The notes under the pieces were generated by a model that had not been told where the DNA came from, searched no databases, and saw only the letters and a list, made by a program, of their open reading frames with translations. Positions 46,704-52,223 of a stretch of 52,223 nucleotides of DNA are shown here, in pieces. This DNA comes from Luteolibacter sp. (GTDB lineage Bacteria; Verrucomicrobiota; Verrucomicrobiia; Verrucomicrobiales; Akkermansiaceae). Made by a program: the position numbers and the translations under genes. Numbering within the stretch: the stretch's first letter is position 1; each line of letters begins with the position of its first letter. The stretch lies in contig DAISZP010000001.1 in the NCBI GenBank assembly GCA_036824745.1, forward strand, positions 1 to 52,223. The letters run 5' to 3'.

Positions 46704-47035
46704 CGGGGAACCTTGATGACCTTAATGGCTTGGTAATTCCTTTGGAGGCGGGAACTGCAAAGAACCCGGATGCCCTTCTTATGGGACTGGGGACAGGTCC
46801 GGTGCTGCCTTTTGTCAAATTTCGATGCCGGCTTGCCGGCTTCGCACAGCGCCTTACGGGCTTGCAGTCGTTGAAGGATGAAGTACATCCATTGTCATCG
46901 GGCATGTAGGATCAGACGGTTGTGGCACGTCGGATCCTGGAGAATCAGATCCAGTGAATCAGCCGAGTTTGGAAAATCATGGGTGGAAAAACGATGGTCT
47001 GCCAAATGAAATGACCTGAACGCATCGATGCCAAT

Positions 47036-48061
47036 TCATCGGGCTGGAGCGCCTGTCACAAGAAACCGCGGAGAATTATGCCTCGGTCCAAGCAACTGAT
47101 CAATGTGCCGGATTGCTTGGGAAAGTCGGGACTCAGGATCACCCGTCACGAGAAGCCACGGGGAACTTTGCCAGCCCAATTCCTGTACGAACCACCCGTG
47201 CATGTCGTGGCGGATGTGTTCACCATCGCGGAGACCGTCTTGGACGAATGGGATTTCGTCGCCTGTGAGTAGGTAGAGGTCAGCCCGGGAGGCCGAGGAG
47301 ATTTTGGCAAGTTCCGGCAGGTCGAAGCCCATGTAGCGTCGGTGCCAGAGGTGGGTGGCAAACGCGTTGGTGTCGCAGACGAGGACGCGGTTGGCACGGC
47401 GCGCCGCTTCCTCTTCACGGCGGGTTTGCTCGCGAGCGATCATCAGGAACTCATCGCTGCGCCATTCGGTTTCCCCGCGTGCCTGCTTTTCCACGCTGTA
47501 ATCTCGTCCGTATTCCGGCACCCATACGGTTCCCATGGCTGCGGCCAGATCGCGAGCAAGCGTGGTGGTCCCGGTGGATTCCGCACCCACGATGACGACA
47601 CGTTTCGCATACCAGGCACGCACCGGGGGATCGATGTGGTCCCACATGGCGAATGGATCATTTCGCACGGCAGTTCCACTGCACGGAACTTGCACACGGG
47701 CGGGATCGACGGATTCGTGCACACAGCCGAGGTGAGCCGCGTAGGCATCGCCGTAGCCTTCGGAAGTGAACACGGCATCAGGGGCGCGGCCGAGCCAGCG
47801 AACCGTGTTCTCCGCCCAGATTCGCGAGTCGTTTTCATCATACCGGTCGTCAATGAGCATGACTTCGGCCGCCGGGATCATTTCGTGCAACCAAGCGGCG
47901 CGGAGTTCGCCTGGAATGGGATCGGTCGGTTTGCCGCAGACGATCACGACAACCCGTTCACTGCGGGAGACTGCGGCTTCGATCAAGTGGCGGTGGCCTC
48001 TGTGTGGTGGCAGGAATTTCCCGATCACAACGCCGAGATCATACCGGGAATTGGCGTTCAT
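47036..48061 (-). CDS. nadR: NadR-like NMN adenylyltransferase / ribosylnicotinamide kinase (no HTH)
   Basis: GKFLPPHRGH (HxGH), P-loop GAESTGTTT, EYGR, CDTN, FVQDGLR. ATG 48061 overlaps the pnuC stop. Confidence 0.85.
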   Translation of the reverse strand: MNANSRYDLGVVIGKFLPPHRGHRHLIEAAVSRSERVVVIVCGKPTDPIPGELRAAWLHEMIPAAEVMLIDDRYDENDSRIWAENTVRWLGRAPDAVFTSEGYGDAYAAHLGCVHESVDPARVQVPCSGTAVRNDPFAMWDHIDPPVRAWYAKRVVIVGAESTGTTTLARDLAAAMGTVWVPEYGRDYSVEKQARGETEWRSDEFLMIAREQTRREEEAARRANRVLVCDTNAFATHLWHRRYMGFDLPELAKISSASRADLYLLTGDEIPFVQDGLRDGEHIRHDMHGWFVQELGWQSSPWLLVTGDPESRLSQAIRHIDQLLGPRHNSPRFLVTGAPAR

Positions 48062-48708
48062 CTTGGAAGTTCCTTTCTCCATCGGTGCAACCCGACCCAG
48101 CACAGGATCAGGAATCCGGCGTAAAGGATGGCGGTGAGGGGGAGTCCTCGTGAAAGATAGAGCGGCACGTAAATAATGTCGGCGGCGATCCAGAAGAACC
48201 AGTTTTCGATGCGTTTGCGGCAAAGCAGATATTGGGCGCAAAGACAGAAAACCGTGGTGGCGGCATCCCAGAATGGGGCCGCTCCGTTCACGGCGATCAA
48301 GAGTTCACGGAGTCCCCAAGTGCCCGCCGTGAGGGAGCCCAGCAGGTAAATCCACTCCGTTCGGCTTGCGCGCGAGACCCGCAATGGTGCCCGCATGGCT
48401 CCCCCATAGAGCCACGACCACCAACCGAAGATGCCGAGCGCGAAATAGACGCCCTGCAAGCCGAAGTCGGCGAATAATCGAGTACGCCAGAAGAGAATGG
48501 CGAACACGATGTTGTTCGCCAAGCCGATCGGCCAGTTCCAGATGTTGCCTTTGGTTACGAGCCAGACGCAAATCGCACCGGTCGCGAAGCCGAAGGCCTC
48601 GGTCATGTCCAGAGGCAGCCATTTCCACCAAGCGGTTAGGAGCAGCAGGACGGAGACGGCGAATACCGCCATCGACTCCAGCGACATCGTCCGATTGACA
48701 AGTCTCAT
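48058..48708 (-). CDS. pnuC: Nicotinamide riboside transporter PnuC
   Basis: Polytopic membrane protein with NIWNWPIG, GWWSW, DAATT, AQYL..RK.IENW.FW. Confidence 0.9.
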   Translation of the reverse strand: MRLVNRTMSLESMAVFAVSVLLLLTAWWKWLPLDMTEAFGFATGAICVWLVTKGNIWNWPIGLANNIVFAILFWRTRLFADFGLQGVYFALGIFGWWSWLYGGAMRAPLRVSRASRTEWIYLLGSLTAGTWGLRELLIAVNGAAPFWDAATTVFCLCAQYLLCRKRIENWFFWIAADIIYVPLYLSRGLPLTAILYAGFLILCWVGLHRWRKELPR

Positions 48709-49301
48709 GCGAAGACCACTCCGCGTTGTTTCATTTCCAGTATGGCTTGTTCGACATCACCGGGCCGGAGGTTCACTCCGCGGCAGGCATCGAGCGCGAG
48801 AGTGGCATGGAAACCTTCGTCGATCGCATCGAGAGCGGTGAATTTCACGCAGTAGTCGGTGGCGAGCCCGCAGAGGGTGATGCGGGTCACGCCGCGACCT
48901 CGCAACCAATCCGCCATGCCTGTGCTGTGACGGCGACCGTTGTCGTGAAAGCCGCTGTAGCTGTCGATTTCCGGGCGGGTTCCTTTGCGGAAGATTTTTT
49001 CAATGCGGGCGACATCGAGGGTTTCAGCGAATGCCGCGCCGACTGTATCCTCCACGCAGTGGATCGGCCAGAGGGTTTGCGGAAGCCCGTGAAGTTGGAT
49101 GATTTCAAACAAGACACGGTCCGGGTGATTTGCGGCGAAACTCCCGTGATCGGGCGGGTGCCAGTCTTGGGTGGCGACGATGATGTCGGCATTTCGCATC
49201 AGTTGGTTCGCGGCGGAGATCACCGCGTCGCCATCCGGCACGGCAAGTGCGCCGCCGGGCAGGAAGTCGTTCTGGATGTCCACAAGGATGAGGGCGTTCA
49301 T
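48705..49301 (-). CDS. pncA: Nicotinamidase/pyrazinamidase
   Basis: [43 protein letters not shown]. Confidence 0.95.
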   Translation of the reverse strand: MNALILVDIQNDFLPGGALAVPDGDAVISAANQLMRNADIIVATQDWHPPDHGSFAANHPDRVLFEIIQLHGLPQTLWPIHCVEDTVGAAFAETLDVARIEKIFRKGTRPEIDSYSGFHDNGRRHSTGMADWLRGRGVTRITLCGLATDYCVKFTALDAIDEGFHATLALDACRGVNLRPGDVEQAILEMKQRGVVFA

Positions 49302-49795
49302 GGTTGGAGGATGTTTTCGTAGATGGAGAGGTCATGCGGTGAGAAGCAGCAGAAAATCACCTGCACCAATTCGCTGTGGGATGCCAGGAATCCGCCGCAT
49401 GTTTCAACCGCGATTCGCGCGGCCTGATCAATGGGATAACCAAATATCCCCGTCGAGATGGAAGGAAACGCGATGGAACTTATCCCTTCCGCGCAAGCCA
49501 GAGTCAGGGAATTTCGATAGCACGATGCGAGCAGTCCAGCTTCGTTATTTGTTCCCCCATTCCAGACCGGCCCTACGGAGTGGATGATAAACTTGGCCGG
49601 CAATCGATAACCTCTGGTGATCTTCGCCTCGCCCACCTTGCACCCGCCCAAAAGGCGGCACTCGTGTATAAGATCCGGGCCAGCCGCACGATGGATCGCG
49701 CCATCCACTCCGCCTCCGCCGAGCAGGCTGGAGTTCGCGGCATTCACAATGGCATCCACATGGAGGGTGGTAATATCGGCGCGGATTGCTTTCAT
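49298..49795 (-). CDS. Macro-domain protein (YmdB-like O-acetyl-ADP-ribose deacetylase)
   Basis: [51 protein letters not shown] 49795 overlaps the nadE stop. Confidence 0.93.
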   Translation of the reverse strand: MKAIRADITTLHVDAIVNAANSSLLGGGGVDGAIHRAAGPDLIHECRLLGGCKVGEAKITRGYRLPAKFIIHSVGPVWNGGTNNEAGLLASCYRNSLTLACAEGISSIAFPSISTGIFGYPIDQAARIAVETCGGFLASHSELVQVIFCCFSPHDLSIYENILQP

Positions 49796-51735
49796 GGGTT
49801 CAGGTGGTTGAGTTCGGCAGAAAAACCGCCGCTGAGGATGGGCCAGCGGCACCAGGTTTTGGGATCAAGGTTTTCGTCGTCGAGATGGAAACCGGGAGCA
49901 TAGCGTTCGCGCTTCCATTGGTTGCGACTCCAGAGGGAGAAGAAACGCTGTGTCCACAGGCGACGGTCGGCGGCAGACCGGTCAGGGAATCGTGCTTCCA
50001 GCAGTTCGATGATGGAGGAAGGCCCTTGGTGATCCCGAATGGCCGCGCGCTCGATGAAGTCGAGCACGTCGTATGGCATGAGATCGTCCTCGTCGGTTTG
50101 CACGGCATCCGGCGGGCGGAGTTCAGCTGTCGGGATTTGTTGGTTCACGAAGGCAAGTTCGGGGATGGCATGGCGTTGGCCGTTGATCTCCGGACCAGTG
50201 GTTTCCAACCAGCGCAGCCAATGGCGGAGGAAGACCTTGTCAATGCCGGAGACCGGGGCAAGACCTCCGGCGGTATCGCCGTCCATGGTGGCGTAGCCGA
50301 CGGCGGCCTCGCTGCGGTTGCTGGTGGTGAGCAGCAGGGCGTTGCGGAGGTTCGCCAACATCCAGATGCCGGGAGCGCGAACGCGGGCCTGGATGTTTTG
50401 CAGCGCGATGTCGTGGTGTTCCCAATCGAGGGGAGAGCCTTGCGCCCCTGAAATGAGATCGAGGTAAGCACGGTGAATTTGGGTGAGGTCGAGTTCGTGG
50501 TGAGTCGCGCCGAGCGCATCTGCTAGAATTCGGGCTGCTTTCCGGGTGGTGTCTCCGCTGTTCTCGGTGGCTTGGTAGGCGGTGAGAAGCAACTCATTCA
50601 AGCCGTAGGAAGGAAGCTTCTCTCCGGCGCTCTCACCGAGTTCGGCAAGGGCCAGATCGCGCATGAGTTTTACGAGACATGCGACCGCCGAAGAGTCGGC
50701 GCCACCGCTGAGCGAGACGACGTATCCACTGGAGCGGCTCTTGCGCAGATAGTCGAACAAACCAAGCGCAACTGCACGGGTGAATTCCTCCTCTTTCGTG
50801 AGATGCGCATAAGCTGACTTGCGCCGGAAATCCTCAGGCTGCGACTTCCACGGGAAATCCTTCTTCACGACTCCATCATCTGCGGCAGCAGGCAAAGCAG
50901 GGCGATGGCTCGCGAGGCGTGATTTGGCGATGCGTCCCGCCTCGGGATCGATGATGGCGATGAGAAGGCGCGCATCCTGAAAAGAGAAGCGCGCGCTTTC
51001 AGCAATGATCTCGCCTTGTTGGGCGATGAGCAGTTGTCCGTCATAAATGATGCGGCCGGATTCATTGCCCAGAAGGTTGGCATAAAGATAGGCCACCCCA
51101 AAGGAGCGCGATCCTTCGGCAACGAAACGTTTCCGGACTTCCGCCTTGCCGAATGCGAAGTGGCTCGCGCTTGGATTCAGGATCACATCGACAGCCCGGG
51201 TGACGAGCCGGGAGCCGGGACGACCCGACACCCATGCGTCCTCACAGATTTCAAAACCGATGCGGACGCCACCGATGTCGAAAACCAGATCGCCGATGGG
51301 AACCGCATCCCCCGCCGGTGCTTGAAATACATCCGAAATTCCGGTCGGCCATGGTTTGAACCACCTTGGCTCGTAATGGATGCCATCACCTGCGAGGTTT
51401 TGCTTGGCGGCGAGACCTACTAGAGCACCATCCACCGCCAAGGCGGCGATGTTGTAGAGTGCGTGTTGATGAACCACCGGCAGTCCGAACGCGACCACCA
51501 TGCCGCGGCTTTCGGGCAACAATTCAACCAGAGATTGCCATGCGCGGGCACAGGTATCGGGAGCGAAAAAAGCATCCTCACAGCCGTAGCCGGTGATGCA
51601 GAGTTCCGGCAGGCAGACAAGTTCGGCACCTTGCTCACGCGCCTCCTTCAAGGATGCTCGGATGCGTTGGGCATTTCCCTGCCAATCGAGGGGAGTTTGG
51701 TTCAGGGCGACGACGGCTGCTTTGATGCGTGACAT
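49792..51735 (-). CDS. nadE: Glutamine-dependent NAD+ synthetase
   Basis: Nitrilase-like domain ([15 protein letters not shown]) plus synthetase domain ([35 protein letters not shown]). Confidence 0.95.
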   Translation of the reverse strand: MSRIKAAVVALNQTPLDWQGNAQRIRASLKEAREQGAELVCLPELCITGYGCEDAFFAPDTCARAWQSLVELLPESRGMVVAFGLPVVHQHALYNIAALAVDGALVGLAAKQNLAGDGIHYEPRWFKPWPTGISDVFQAPAGDAVPIGDLVFDIGGVRIGFEICEDAWVSGRPGSRLVTRAVDVILNPSASHFAFGKAEVRKRFVAEGSRSFGVAYLYANLLGNESGRIIYDGQLLIAQQGEIIAESARFSFQDARLLIAIIDPEAGRIAKSRLASHRPALPAAADDGVVKKDFPWKSQPEDFRRKSAYAHLTKEEEFTRAVALGLFDYLRKSRSSGYVVSLSGGADSSAVACLVKLMRDLALAELGESAGEKLPSYGLNELLLTAYQATENSGDTTRKAARILADALGATHHELDLTQIHRAYLDLISGAQGSPLDWEHHDIALQNIQARVRAPGIWMLANLRNALLLTTSNRSEAAVGYATMDGDTAGGLAPVSGIDKVFLRHWLRWLETTGPEINGQRHAIPELAFVNQQIPTAELRPPDAVQTDEDDLMPYDVLDFIERAAIRDHQGPSSIIELLEARFPDRSAADRRLWTQRFFSLWSRNQWKRERYAPGFHLDDENLDPKTWCRWPILSGGFSAELNHLNP

Positions 51736-51743
51736 GATGTGGT

Positions 51744-52223
51744 TCAGTAAGGTGGTAAAAGTCTCCGGAAACCATGCGTGAGGACGATGACGAGGAATGC
51801 CAGGTTGCGGATGACGAGGAGTGGCCAGCGGGGGAAATTTCCGTTATCGCTTTCGGCGACGGTTTTCAGATAACCAACGCTGAGCGGCCAGTCGGTGAGC
51901 TTGGCAAGCCATGATGAGTTGAGAGCACCGATTCCGACTTCGGCCCCTGTGATCGACCCCGCAACGAATGCCACGGTATCGGTGTCACCGCCGGCTCGGA
52001 CGACAGATTCGACCGTGGCGGTGAAATCGCCGCGATGAAGCAACCATGCGTAAATCGCGACGGCGGCCGTATCGGGAGCAAAACCCGAAACGAAGCCCGG
52101 TTTCCGTGAGAATGAATCCGCAAATGCCCGCACGCTTTGGCAACCAGCGAGATGTTCGCGGAGTTTCGCGAAGCGGATTCTCATTTCCTCGCTGACCACA
52201 TGCCTCTCCAATCGATTGTGAAT
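51744..52223 (-). CDS. ADP-ribosylglycohydrolase (ARH/DraG family), 5' end outside the window
   Basis: C-terminal motif GGDTDTVA..AGSI.GA..G. Co-oriented, ending 8 bp before nadE. Confidence 0.8.
   Translation of the reverse strand: MHNRLERHVVSEEMRIRFAKLREHLAGCQSVRAFADSFSRKPGFVSGFAPDTAAVAIYAWLLHRGDFTATVESVVRAGGDTDTVAFVAGSITGAEVGIGALNSSWLAKLTDWPLSVGYLKTVAESDNGNFPRWPLLVIRNLAFLVIVLTHGFRRLLPPY

Noticed and set aside
46636..46905. Small minus-strand ORFs after the ankyrin gene
   Set aside because: No motifs or other support for translation.
47555..47590. NadR P-loop GAESTGTTT lacking the Walker A lysine, as a sign of inactivation
   Set aside because: I recall this variant in other NadR-like proteins, and the rest of the gene is intact, so it is not evidence of decay without an alignment.

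Overview
An accessory, island-like window of GC-rich DNA. The C-terminal 'F-x-R-[LV]' surface-protein domains suggest Verrucomicrobiota (inference). No rRNA, tRNA, CRISPR array, integrase or transposase was recognised. Layout: (1) 0.5-3.0 kb, a TPR protein with a coupled partner gene, plus a CRR6-like gene. (2) 3.2-13.3 kb (+) and 29.75-39.5 kb (-), two diverged, inward-facing copies of a two-gene module: a signal-peptide LamG-DUF6531-RHS protein with a variable tip, then a ~1450-aa surface protein with Ca-binding TSP3-type repeats, one isolated YD hairpin, an FG-GAP-like core with an inserted C-type lectin, and a C-terminal sorting-type domain. No immunity gene follows either RHS. (3) 13.5-29.7 kb, a DNA phosphorothioation (dnd) locus: associated methyltransferase, HEPN, dndA, dndB, an inserted kinase, dndC, dndD, and a converging CxC SMC-ATPase with a small partner. 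dndE is absent, and both ATPases appear 3'-truncated at the edges of a ~3.8-kb cassette encoding a DndB-like protein and a putative sulfur-binding-domain HNH nuclease. (4) 39.7-46.7 kb, mobile-element-like genes: a DUF932-like relic, SSB-like, phosphoesterase, HTH proteins, and LRR-like and ankyrin proteins sharing a 12-aa C-terminal tail. (5) 47-52 kb, an NAD salvage/ADP-ribose reversal operon (ARH, nadE, macro, pncA, pnuC, nadR-like). The best candidate for an undescribed system is the RHS plus single-YD-hairpin partner pair. All family assignments come from motif recognition by eye, not from searches.
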